Source: Vezdaea acicularis (Eukaryota). From it: a stretch of DNA of 37,985 nt. The DNA lies in the NCBI GenBank assembly GCA_026025075.1, contig JAPEUI010000143.1:1-37985 (forward strand), read 5' to 3'. The position numbers and the translations under genes are program-made. The number at the start of each line of letters is the position of its first letter. The stretch's first letter is position 1. Under the pieces are notes generated by a model. The model was given only the letters and a program-made list of their open reading frames with translations. It was not told where the DNA came from and made no database searches. Below are positions 20,930 to 32,439 of the stretch, piece after piece.

Positions 20930-22543
20930 CTAAGTCTGGGTCTCTACTTGTGCTTCTTCTCGCTCTTCTCTCAAACACCTGTCACACCTGCACACCCCTC
21001 CCAGACTTCCCAATGCCCACTCTCTCCTATCATTCACGCTCATTCCCACGTCGCAGTAATGGCTCTTGACCTCCTCTCCCTCCTTGATCCCTTCCCACTC
21101 CCCCTCCTTATCCGCTCCCCCAATCCTCTCCTCTTTCTTCCTGACCCAAAACCGAATCTCGCCCCCCCTCCAATCCCACGCCACATTCGGCGCACAATCA
21201 TGATTCGCAAGGCACCACATCGGATGCACGGCGCTAGTCTCTGGCTTCTTACTCAGCGGGCTCAGAAACGCGGAGGCGGTCCCTCTAAACTTGGCATACA
21301 GCGTATTGACGACCCAGGTCTCGCTCAAGCCCGGAACCGGGGGTTCGAAGATGTTGATGTCCATCTTCTCGAGGATGGCGAGGGGTAGCTCGATGTTGTA
21401 GCGGTAGCTGAAAGGGAGTCTACTCTCCTTCCTGGCGTCGGTGGTAGAGAAATCGCCCCAGATGTATTTCGTGTCTCGCAGTTCTAGGGGCGATACCTCT
21501 TGGTGGACGGCCATGGCGAGGACGCGGCGGAGCAGGAGTAGGTACAGCGTATCGGAGCTGTATTTCACGGGGGCCTTCTCGGCGCCTAGTACGTCAATGT
21601 CGTAGCCACATATGGCACCGTGATATTCCTGCTGTGCACGAGCGAGGCAGGCCGGCGTGCAGAAGTAGGTGTCATAGCATTCGGGACACTCGACAGTGGT
21701 GGATGAGGCCGTTGAGGGGAGTGGAAAGGGGGCGCTGCAGCCGTCACAGAAGGGGTCGAGGGGCCTATTGGTTGCGGTTATGAGGGAGGTCTCACGCAGG
21801 ATAGTGGTGCCTGGGGAGATACTGCGCTTGGCAAAGATACCTAACTGAAGATTTGAGGTTGGATTTGCACTTCTAAGAGCGCTTTCGCCGTTAGTGGCGC
21901 CTGAAGCGCTACTTGCCAGCGTCGGGAGCTCCACGGCACGGACTTCGAGGTCCGGAGCTACTTTCGCCATCTCTTTGTTCAGGAAGGCTAGGCTCTGTGG
22001 AGAGAATCTGTTTGGCTCATGCTTGTTCCAAGAATAGATTTCCCGTCGGGCTGTCCCCCGAGAGGGGAGATCCTGGATAGTAAGAGGCGCATCTTTGGGG
22101 AGGCCTGAAGCTGCGCAATGCTCATTGAACCAATCTTCAAGCGGAGAAGGATTACTTCCACGACGGGATATTTCTGCAGCCGACTGAATACATCCACTTT
22201 CATGCAGGTACCTAGCCAATGCAGAGCGTGCGCTCACGGCAGTCCTTTGAGCAGCTTGCCTCACATCTTCGTCCTTTTCGTCTCCATTGGCTTCACTTCC
22301 GCGATCAGAGAACTTGAAATTATTCCTGAAAGCCTCTAGCGCTTTTTCATGATACTCTGCGCCTTCATCAAGAGCTTCGTCCGTGAGTAGTAGAGCCTTA
22401 TTTGCGTCGCCGGCTGCGAGATCCGGGAAGCCGAGGCCGGCATAGGCTGCTGCTCGTTCAAGGTACGCACTACTGTCGTAAGGATGGGCGCGCAGGCATT
22501 CCGAGAGCTTGTTACGCTCTTCCAGCCATTCTTCTGGGCTCAT
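20930..22543 (-). CDS. SET-domain protein with MYND-like zinc finger and N-terminal TPR-like segment (SMYD/Set5-like lysine methyltransferase), ~537 aa
   Basis: Single ORF from ATG 22543 (the track's 22666 start is a TTG). LGIFAKRSISPGTTILRE, CDGC..CPEC..FCTPAC..H..IC zinc finger, LANHDCAPN, IKEGEEVKSHY, post-SET CRCDRC. Confidence 0.85.
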   Translation of the reverse strand: MSPEEWLEERNKLSECLRAHPYDSSAYLERAAAYAGLGFPDLAAGDANKALLLTDEALDEGAEYHEKALEAFRNNFKFSDRGSEANGDEKDEDVRQAAQRTAVSARSALARYLHESGCIQSAAEISRRGSNPSPLEDWFNEHCAASGLPKDAPLTIQDLPSRGTARREIYSWNKHEPNRFSPQSLAFLNKEMAKVAPDLEVRAVELPTLASSASGATNGESALRSANPTSNLQLGIFAKRSISPGTTILRETSLITATNRPLDPFCDGCSAPFPLPSTASSTTVECPECYDTYFCTPACLARAQQEYHGAICGYDIDVLGAEKAPVKYSSDTLYLLLLRRVLAMAVHQEVSPLELRDTKYIWGDFSTTDARKESRLPFSYRYNIELPLAILEKMDINIFEPPVPGLSETWVVNTLYAKFRGTASAFLSPLSKKPETSAVHPMWCLANHDCAPNVAWDWRGGEIRFWVRKKEERIGGADKEGEWEGIKEGEEVKSHYCDVGMSVNDRREWALGSLGGVCRCDRCLREEREEAQVETQT

Positions 22544-22869
22544 CAAAAGTATTGGGGCAAGCGGAGCAAAGGAAGACGGAAGGAGAGAATATTGTGGAGG
22601 GGCAATTCCAGTGTGGGAGATTTCAAGAAATTTATAGCGGAGCGGAACAACCTTCGGTCCGTTCAAACTTTCCAGAAGAGCTTCTGAGGAAAGAGCGACA
22701 GCCAGCCAGCGACCATGAATCTCTAACCCCCACTTCCGGTCATTCGGATCTCCAATCTAGAGCATTATCTCTTGAGATAGGGATTGCCTTTTTGGTGCCT
22801 CTCTGCTCATGAAACGATGCGCCTCCCACGTAATAGCATATACCAGACCCTCCCAGAGCCCATCCTCCA

Positions 22870-23484
22870 ATGATGCGCACTCTCCGCCCACTCAACCCCC
22901 TTCTTCGAGTAACAGGAACCCACATACCGCATCTACACACCAAGCGCTTCTCCCAAAGCTCGACAAGTAAAGCGAAAGCCCTACCACCCCGCCCCACCCT
23001 CCCAGAATCCTCTCTACACGAAGTCTTCCTCCGAGGATCCGGGCCCGGCGGACAAAAGATCAACAAAACCGCCTCGGCGGTACAGCTCAAGCACTTGCCG
23101 ACCGGCATCGTGATCAAGTCGCAGGCGACGCGGTCACGGACGCAGAATCGCAAGATTGCGAGAAGGCTGCTGGCGGAGAAGATTGAGGAGATGGAGAAAG
23201 GGGAGGGCAGTCGGGTTGCGGTGAAGAGGGAAAGGGAGGGGAAGAGGAAGGCTAGTGCGGGGAAGAAGGCGAGGAGGAAGTACAGGGCTTTGGAGAGCGC
23301 GAAGGGTCCACAAGGCAATGGGGAAGGAGAAGAAGGTGAGGGTGAAGTGGGTGAGGCCCCCGAAGTTTCAGTAGAGAGTGCCGTATTGGAAGACGTTGAA
23401 GGCGAAGAGGCGCCAAGGGGGGATATATCACGGCAGTATGCCAAAAAGGACAAACATGGTACCAACAGCTGGCCATCAAGCTAG
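22870..23484 (+). CDS. Mitochondrial RF-1 domain peptidyl-tRNA hydrolase / ribosome rescue factor (C12orf65/mtRF-R-like), 204 aa
   Basis: Basic presequence-like N-terminus, FLRGSGPGGQKINKT GGQ motif, VQLKHLPTGIVIKSQATRSRTQNRKIAR, basic helix, then an acidic tail. Confidence 0.9.
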   Translation: MMRTLRPLNPLLRVTGTHIPHLHTKRFSQSSTSKAKALPPRPTLPESSLHEVFLRGSGPGGQKINKTASAVQLKHLPTGIVIKSQATRSRTQNRKIARRLLAEKIEEMEKGEGSRVAVKREREGKRKASAGKKARRKYRALESAKGPQGNGEGEEGEGEVGEAPEVSVESAVLEDVEGEEAPRGDISRQYAKKDKHGTNSWPSS

Positions 23485-23651
23485 CAAATCTGTACGGAGC
23501 TATATACAATATCTGCACCAAGCCCTATATGCAAGTTCCGTGCTCGGATGAGAGAAGCACACAACGGAGCCAATGGGTATTATCCTCGAAACCCATGCCA
23601 TGTATAAATCCGAATCAAAGAAAGATGGTGATGTGCAGGGCCATGCGAGCC

Positions 23652-25809
23652 TTAGATCATGCCCTTGCCATTGAGTGCAACACCCCTGATGCGCTCAGCC
23701 TTGCTTGCGATCCTCTTACCTATATTCCCGAACTTCTGCATCACTTGGTCCACGCGAACACCCTCGCTCTTGATGTCTTGGACCGCCATTTCTATCTCCA
23801 TGAAGCTGGTACGTAGGACCTTGATCTCCTCCTTCAGCTCATCGATCGTGGCGTTGTCGAGAAAATCGTCCCTTACCTCAGAAGACGGGGCTTCCGGTTT
23901 CCCCCCCTTTTCTTCTTCGGATATGGATGAATGAGTTGTCAGTCTCGGGGCTGACGTTGGAGACGTCACAAGGCAAGGGGACACTGATGGCGCTGGAGGC
24001 GTCGTGGTCGATGGGATAAGTGCACTAGCCCTACGCACCCCTCTCTCGCTTGATGTACTTCTCCCGCGCTCAGAGTCTGGTGCTGTCTCGTTAACAGCCA
24101 TCTTGATGACCGTCTGACGATCCCGCTCGAGTTCGGCGATTCTTGCTTCGTACTGCTGCTTCTCGGCCTCCCAAACGTCAGCCTCTTGTTTCCGTTTCTT
24201 CTTATCGGCAGCTCCTTGGGCTTCCAGCTTTGATGCCATTGCCATGATCTGCATGTACTGGCCGCCATTCGCTACGGATTGCTTCCTAGCATCATCACGA
24301 GATCGAACAAGGCTTTCCACTTGAGACTCCAGTGCTTCAACGGATATAGACAACTTCATACGTTCTTCCGTCAAATTATTGATCTCATTATCCGACACCT
24401 GAAACTTCTTCTCGAGAGCGGCGCATCGGGCTTGCGAACGAGAGTACGCGGACAGGAGGTGATCATGCTCTTGTTGAAGGGTCTGCAATGCCAGAGTCTT
24501 GGTGCTGACCTGGTGTTGAAGATCCTGGTTGTGTGAAGATTGAGCTGACATTTGGAGGTTTGCAGCGCTTGAAACTGTGCCTGGAGGAGCATGTGGACCC
24601 GATGTTGACGCAGCATGGTGTTGACGATGTTGCCCGGCATGAAAATGTGCATGGGTAAACGAGGAAGACGTAGCTGCCCGTACTGGCGAAGGCTCTCCAA
24701 TCGTAATCTTCGAAGACCTCGGACCAATGGCGGATGAAGACGAAGAAGCATCGGGAGTGAGGGGTGCTTCCATAGAGATACTACTTGTACGTCTCGTCAT
24801 ATCTTCTTTTTCCCTTTCTAAGATCTCGATCTTTCTCCTCATCGTCTCGAGCGCACCTTGCGAAGATGGGGTGTCGGGATAGGGGTGTGACATTTGGGGG
24901 CCATTAGCAGTCGACGAAGAGGAAAGTGAACCAATGTTCCTAACAATGCCAACATTTGCCCTTACAGCAGCTATTACCCATTCTAAAGCTTCTTTCACAC
25001 CTACGTGTGATACGGCTGGAGGCTATCAAACAGATTAGCCAATTGGTGTTTCTGGGGCTAGTGGAAGCTCAAGATCATATACCTGCGACACAGTGCGCGC
25101 GGATGCTGGTATCACCGCCGCATGCAAATCTTGTGTGAGGAGGGTGAGACCAGAGACAATCTCTTCCGCAATGCTTTGAAGATTCCCACATTTCTCACAT
25201 CTCGGCTGCTGCCGAGATTCTACGGAGGTGTTGCTACCACGGCGATCCAGCGATGCCGTCAAGTCGTATGCCTGCTGTGCACGACTCTCGGGTTGATAGG
25301 GGGTCGGAATACTTGGATAAATCGGAGCAGGTGCCTTGAACATCTCGTTCTCTCGAGCTTCAGGAAGGCCTATGCGAGGTTAATTCGATTCAAAAAGAAG
25401 TCTCGTAGATGTGCGTATTACCGTGATATGGCGTCTGAGCCTCTCGCCCTGCGGTAGATTCCGACCATTTTGCAGGGACAGAACTTTCCCGTCCTTGGTC
25501 GTACGCTACTCGCGGTCTTTTAGGTGGATGTGATTGATAATTCGGTGGTACTCGCGTTGAGTCGCAGTTCATCTTCCGTATGGGGGAATATGGTGATTCT
25601 GATGGAGGGTGAGGCCGGGCCACTAAGCCCTTGTCGCCCCCAATTGGTGGTAAAATGCGATCATCGGGTCGTCCAGGGACGCTCGGATATGCTCCGGCGG
25701 GTGGATTTTGAGGGTACTCAGGTTGAAGGCTTGGTAGTCGAATTGCGCCTTGCTCTGGTTGCGGGCGTTCCCAGGGCCTTGTCCAACCGGGGGCGTTGCC
25801 ATGAGCCAT
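23652..25809 (-). CDS. Uncharacterised fungal coiled-coil protein (~681 aa)
   Basis: Exons 25809-25422, 25369-25083, 25022-23652 join three track ORFs through canonical introns. Disordered N-terminus, a CEKC motif and a long heptad region (LQHQVSTKTLALQTLQQEH...). The start is uncertain. Confidence 0.75.
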
Positions 25810-28368
25810 AACAATGACCAGCAAGTGCTCTCCGTAGTATGCTATCGTCCGCGTTTGTAGCCCGTCGGGTCTCCATGCACCTTCAGCGAGTTACCTCGCG
25901 CCTGATGTCTCGTCGCTGGTATATGCTCTAATGCTCTAACGGATTACGTTGGACTGGACTGGAGACATTTTGTTGAAGACGGCTTGGACAATGGGGAATA
26001 TAAAGAGAGGTTGACCGAAATAGAAAGCTCGACTGGCGTTAAAGGAGAATGATTGACGGACGCTAGAAGGTGCAGATCCGGGTGGAGGTCGTTCAGGAAA
26101 GTACCGAGGCAGAGACGCTGGGGGGGGACTGGCCAGAATTGCAAGTAATTGTCGTCAAGCTCAGACCCTCGACCCAACTCCCTTCCTGCGGTGACGTTGC
26201 AGGTCCTCGCCAGCGCGGATCGGAGATCGCTTTCGCGCTGGACAGCAGAATGCTGACAAGCTGTAGCGGCTGATGATTACACCCAGCCGAAGATCGCCGG
26301 CGCTGGTGACTAACGACGTACGAAATCGGCTCGACAGTCCTGTTTCTCCCTACGTTCCAAAGAGTGCCAGGATGCAATCTACGTCCACCAATGGCCAGAT
26401 TGTGCACTACATCAATACAGTCTTTTGGCACAGAGAAACAAAAGAGTGGATATTCGAAGCCATTATAATATCTCCCAGTAATATCCACTGGAGAGGCATT
26501 GTCATCGCGCAATCTATGCTCTTCCGCGAACCCGCGGCGTCACCGTGCAGTATTTGGTGTCTCGCTTGACGCTTCGCGGACAAAAGAGAAGTGCAGTTGG
26601 CATAGGACGACAGCTGGGGGGCGCCACCACGCCAGCGACTCCTGGAAGTGGTATAGGCCTGGCCCGAGTCGCCTCAAACGGACGGTCGAAAGCAGATGAT
26701 CGCCACCGTTGCGATCGAGTCGTCAAGGAAAGCTCAACGACCGACAGAGAGCTTCCAACGCCTTTCCGTAGCCTAGCCCATCTCTTGCTTACTCAATGAT
26801 ATGCAGAAATCTAGATGCAAAGAACTTGCCGAGGTTTGCAAGCCAGCAAGTGTTCAAACATGGGAGTGGCCTGCTACCATGTTGCATTTGGTCCCAGTAT
26901 CTCCCGTCGAACCTATCGCCGCCACGGAATGGTGATGCCGCTTGGGCGAAGGAAGAATATTGCCGGTGAAAGTACCGAAGCCCTAAGAGTTCTGGGGGGC
27001 AGCTCCTAGCATCCCGCCGATCGTGACTTGTCCTCAACGAGCAATCTTTGACCCTGACTTGATCACTGCTATCCTGATCCAGGAGGATCATACAGGTGAT
27101 TATATCTTGGGGGTGGCTATTCCCGTTAGACGCACAAATTCATTGTCGATCTAATGACTCGCAATCCCGCACGCCAGTTGAAAACATCATCGACAGCGCT
27201 AAAGAACGTAAACTGCAGCGGGTTGTTATGCTACCGCATCGCCAATGGCATTGAAGCCCACACTGTAGCCACTTCTTGACGGGAGTATGCCCTGTTGTGC
27301 ACGTACTTTCAAACGCATGTTACGGATCTCTGCCCACTTGAATGATTAGCCCACCCTCATCGCGAGCAATTCTTTTCCCGTTTGAGTATGGCAGGACCCG
27401 GGTGATGCAATGGACGCACCACCAAGATTGGCGAGAGGGCCGCTGGGATCCCGCTGCGTTTCTCTCGGAATTGCCGTTGGTCTCGTCGGACTTTCCATTC
27501 GGCACAGGGGCGGCGGGCGGACCCATCATAACGGCGGGATTGCCGGGGATAATATGCCACCTTGATGAGTAAGATGGATCGTAGATGCCTGACTGGCTAT
27601 CAAAGCCCAGTCTAAAAGGGTGGTGCCATCTCTCAGCCGTCGATCATGCACGATCTGCATTTCAAGTGTCCCCCCGCATGAGGGGATGGTAAGTCATGTC
27701 TTGCAGAGCAAATTGCTAATAATAATGAGAGAGATACTGATAACGCATCCCGGTACCGACTGGTCAGAGGATTGCTTCCATAATCATATAGACTACGTGA
27801 ATTAGATCAAAAATAATGTCTTTTTGATACATTGCGGATGCCAAAGTTGAGCCCTCTGCCCCCTTGAAATCAATTGAATTGATTCTTGACATTGTGTGAA
27901 GCTGTGCTACACTACTGCGGTTCATATTGCTGCTTGCTCAGGGCTTTTGCATCTCGCAGCTGATACTGGATTAAAAGCCATCGAAGCCCAGGAAGCGTCA
28001 GGATAGGCTGTCATCACCCCCGTTGGCTGGCATGACCCTTCTACTCTGGACAAGTCGAACAACGCGCTCTATCACAGGAAAATGGATTCCAAAAACCTAT
28101 TGGACCTTGTTCTGGTGTGGGCGCGTGTATGTGGGAGGGAGGGGGAACGGGGGGTTGGATCGTTAGGGAAGGAAACTGGGCTAGTAGAAAATTATTTCTA
28201 CTTCGTATCATGCATTGGGGCGGCCATTCATAGAATAAAACAAAATATATCTACGACTCCATATTAATCGTTGCTAGTCATAATGAGACCTGCACAAAAG
28301 GTATCCCAAAACCAGACCCAAGCCTGTCTGCACCGTAGCGCCATGCATGCCCGTTTCCCGATGTATGC

Positions 28369-30201
28369 TCAGAGCGTACGCCAAACGCCTTTCCTACCAT
28401 CTACCACATCTGCTATCTCAAGTGGAAGCTCCTCGATCTTTCGGCTAACCCAGGCTTTCTCCCTAGCCAAGTTGCGGCTATGCAGACTCCGCATGATTGA
28501 TAGCTCCTCGGACATACCCTGGGCAATCGCCTGGCCGTTCGAGATAAGAAACGCCAGATCCGATCCTGTTTTTGCCTCTCCGATATCCATAAAATCACTC
28601 AGGAAGTTTGACGACTTGCGTAGGAGGCTGGCAACATCGTGCTTCCATTCCTCGCCCAAAGACTCGATGAAAACCATTGCTGTCCTATCTACCGCCGTAC
28701 TCTCCCGCTTCTTCCACACGGCATCGACTAAGTGTACCCAGCGATCAAAGTCCTGGCTCACTCGGCTGAACTTCCCACCCGTCTCAACCAAGGTCATCAA
28801 CTCTTGCAGGACGCGACTGAGCAGCTGAGACCGTTCATCAAGACCGAATCCAATACTAGATGCATCTGCCCAGTCTTGCAGAGCTTGGAGGTTCAACCGC
28901 GTTTGATTCGCTGCCTCCCTCTGGCGAAGATCCCGATGCCTTTGTGCTAGGTCCTCAAACTTCTTGCCAATCTTCTCCTTCGCACTCTGGGACCACTCTG
29001 CCCTTACTTGATCAGAGTGACGGTGCAGAAGATGCAGCTGTAATAACTCAAGCTGTAGTTTCGCAGTTTCTGCGGTAATTGTATTCTGAGAGGTCGTTTT
29101 AGTGGGCGAAGCTGCATTGGGCCGAAGAATAGCCCCTGTCGCTTTCTTGGGTGTAAAATGCTGCTGAAGGGTGGAGAAAGGGGGCTTCTTGTCCTTCGCG
29201 GTAGAGTTACTAATCGATCGTGATACTGAGTGCCTCTTCTTGCTGTCTACACCTTGATTCGGATGCTCAAGAGGCCGAAACTGGCTCAACCTGCGTACAT
29301 GTTTCGAGGGTGCTGCCTCAGGCTTCGAGCTGTCACTGTTAGCGGACGGTGGCCTTCGCTGGGCCACCTGCGAAGTCGGCCTACTACTATCTCCCTTTGC
29401 CTCGCTATTCTTTACGGAGGCAGAAGACGGTGGGCGCGAGTCCTGATTTGCTCTTGCACCAGCTTTCGTGAGAACTGAAGGGGGTGGACCCATCTTGGAT
29501 TTAGTGGTGGCGGTGCGAGATATGGCCGGTTTGACTGTTGTTCCCGAAGGACCCATGTAGCTATTTGGTCTTCGCAGCGACCTCAAAACCCTCGCCGAGG
29601 GTAGAGATGTGGGCAAGGCAGCTTCATCCTTAGGCTTGGGTTTCGGAGCTTGGACTGTGACGACCTCTTGTGCGGCTTCAGCTTTCCGAGAGTCAGGCAA
29701 GAGCAGATCATCGCAGTCCTCAAGATCGAGTCCACGGGGCTCTCCACCAGCTGTTGCTACCAAGTGCATCTCGTCTACCCCAACTACAGGCGAGACTATG
29801 GGCCCTTCATTCGGTGATGTGCTTACGACTTCGTTACCCTCCTCATTGCCAGCCAAGTCCGCATTCTCCTGTTGGTTCGATTCGTGTGTCTGGACGCTTA
29901 ACACTAGTTGAGAAACAGATTGTGGCCGCGCCGGGGCTGCTTTTTCCACCTGTGGCTGGATCCTTGCTGCGCCAAACACCGGCAGCCTGCTCGGTGAGGT
30001 GTCTTTCCTAGGTATCTTGGTATTCGTACTCGTCACCTCGAGTTTTGTCCTCTTTGGGAGCCGATCAGCATTCTGTGGCTTTTGTCAATTCAGGTTTCAT
30101 GACGGACTTCTGGAAGGGCTGACCCAGACAAGCTTATCCGGTGTACTTAATTGACTGCCCAAGTTTTGCGGTCTGCGTAGGGAAGGGGTTGGAAGAGGCA
30201 T
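28369..30201 (-). CDS. Uncharacterised protein with S/P/K/R-rich disordered region and C-terminal coiled-coil domain (possible augmin HAUS8/Aug8-like), ~593 aa
   Basis: Exons 30201-30124 and 30072-28369 (51-nt gtcagc..cag intron). C-terminal FSTLQQHFTPKK...LQLELLQLHLLHRH...W..SAKEKI helical block. The gene is well supported; the function is inference. Confidence 0.75.
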
Positions 30202-30391
30202 GTTTAGGGATATAAAATTGGTCCTGCGGGGATTGTTTTGATACCGTTCAAGGTGTTGAGCGATGGTCGCTTAAGCGCGAGCCAGTCCGCTTCGGGCGAT
30301 AATCTACTTGAGCTGCTTGAAAGCTGCCGTTTTCTTTCGGCTTTCCATATGTCTACTCACTCCCCCATGATAGTTTTGCACATTACGTGGA

Positions 30392-31563
30392 ATGAGTAGG
30401 ATATGTACCATCAATAGGTCCAGATACTTGGCGACGTCGCCGCGTCGCCCAATCGCCAAGAGATCCACCAAGGTTGTCCGCTATATCATCACGGAAGCCC
30501 CCGTCCCACCGGAGGCCTCTGAAGAACCTAAACTGCAAGATGGAAACCAACACAGCGTTAAGCAGGCCAGGCAGCAGGAGCCATCCCGGACTCTTCCTCT
30601 CTCACCGCTTATGGATCCGGCGATGATCGAGGCCCGAGAAAAATGGAAAAAGCCCAAGCCGGTAGCCAGCAAGCAAAAGACCAAATTGCAGCGGCAGCTC
30701 GAAGTCAACCCCTACGGTACGTCTTTCCAGAGAAAGCCCCAAAATCCAATTAGCCTGCATACTGAACTCTCACAGCGAATGCGCTCCTCACGCCCGTCCG
30801 CAAATGCAACATCCTCGAGGTGCGCCTCCCGTCTTTCTTCCTCCAAGACTTCGACGTAAAGTACCACCCTGAAACCCAGAACCCATGGCTCCTCCCCATG
30901 GATATTCTAAAGGAGCCACGTGCCAAAGTACCAACCAAGCAAAAGGGCGATTCTGCCACTGACGACATGAATCTGGCCCCCCAAGCGCCTCACCTACCAC
31001 CCTTGCCGGTAGGGCGCGCCCTAGCAAGCCAGCGGCTGCTCCGTAAGGTTCATCTAAAGAGCTATTGGGAGCGAATTGTGTCGGGCAACCACAGGAGGAG
31101 GACGAATGTCCCAAAGGGTATCGTCTGGAGGGAGGGGATGGACGACCTTGTTCTGCAGCTTTTGAGAAGAAGGGCACTGTGGGAGATCAAGCGGGTGGTG
31201 CGGGGCTGGAGGGATTCGTATTACCTTTCAAGTGGCGATATCGACGTGATCTTGGCCGGAAACCCTGGTAAAGTGGTGCTCTACCTCGGGGATGTCCAGG
31301 AACCGCAGGAGGAAGAAAGCGGTGTTCAGAAGGAGCAGGTGGACCCGAACGACCCAAAGAACGCGCTGAAAAGCATACAGTCCTCTTCTCTTGTATTCGA
31401 CATCCCGCAGCTTCTTGGATCGCATTACGTGACCAGCATTCGGACCATGCTAGGCGGCATCAACCGAGACCGCAACTCGAAAGCCATGATTCTGGACACC
31501 ACTTTTCAGACACTCGCGGCGCAGATGTGGCTCTGGAAGATACAATGCTACATATCAACCTGA
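30392..31563 (+). CDS. Uncharacterised, probably mitochondrial protein (possibly Rrg8-related), ~370 aa
   Basis: Exons 30392-30716 and 30776-31563 (gtacgt..cag). Arg/Ser-rich, acid-free N-terminus and a conserved-looking block LPLSPLMDP...NPYANALLTPVRKC...RLPSFFLQDF...HPET. Confidence 0.75.
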
Positions 31564-31697
31564 ATTCGCCCTAAGATCCCACCATATCCAACCTAATCCT
31601 ACACCCTTCCAGTCCCAGCTTCTCACTCCTTACACTAAACGACAACCTACCCTTCCCCAACCCCACCTCTCCACCACACCATCAAAACCCATCAGCG

Positions 31698-32439
31698 CTA
31701 CGCCCTATAAATTACCCTAAGCAACGCCTTCAAAAACCCCTCCTCTTTCGCCTTCTCCCGCGGATACATTCGCCCATTCTTCGTATAGGCCCGGAACTCC
31801 TTATATGACGCAAAGCGCCTCACCTTCCCCGGCAAGCCCCTCCAGCGATGATTCAGCAGGTCGAAGATATTGACATATACGCTCTTTAAGGCCTACCCAC
31901 CGCATCCATCAGCAAACAGAAACATCTCCTTTCCACCCATACCCCTTAGCGTCTATCCATGGGTTTTATGCCTTTGTGTGCTGGTATGGAAAAGGGGCAG
32001 GCAGGCAACTCACGGCTTTACATTGCGTAATACTCGCCCCAGCCGGCACCCCGACCTCCTCACACAGCCCACGCCAATTCTGCAACTTCCCCGCCTCGAG
32101 CCCATACGTCTCTTCAAATACACTCTCGTAGCAGATGTACCGCCACTCGTCGACCGTATGCGCTTCGCCGCTTGCCGGGCTGGCGTACAGCTTGTTTCGC
32201 TTCTTGAGACTCCAGTTGTTATGCGTGATCAGCTCGCGGAAATTGGCTTGGATGTTCGCGCTGTGGTTCGGGATGAACGTTGGGAAGTGTGTGGTGAAGA
32301 ATTGGGTGGGGAGGGAGGTTGCTGGCTCGGTGGAGCCGGGAGGGAGTATGGGCGTGCTTGCGTGGGCGGGAAGGTAGTTGGATGCGGCGATTGTCATCCC
32401 CTCGACCGCTTCGCTCAGCTCCTGTATACCATACTCCAT
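31698..32439 (-). CDS. Conserved fungal hypothetical protein (~206 aa)
   Basis: Exons 32439-32014 and 31892-31698 (gtgagt..ctgat..tag). LQNWRGLCEEVGV..SITQCKAALKSVYVNIFDL...YT..GRMYPREKAK..GFLKALLR resembles a recurrent uncharacterised fungal family. Confidence 0.8.

Noticed and set aside
22544..22666. N-terminal extension of the SET protein given in the ORF track
   Set aside because: It starts at TTG; the first ATG at 22543 is the more plausible eukaryotic start.
23482..23607. Stop-codon readthrough (TAG CAA) on the GGQ factor
   Set aside because: The context is not the full CAR-YYA or TGA-CTA motif, and the extension has no PTS1 or other recognisable signal.
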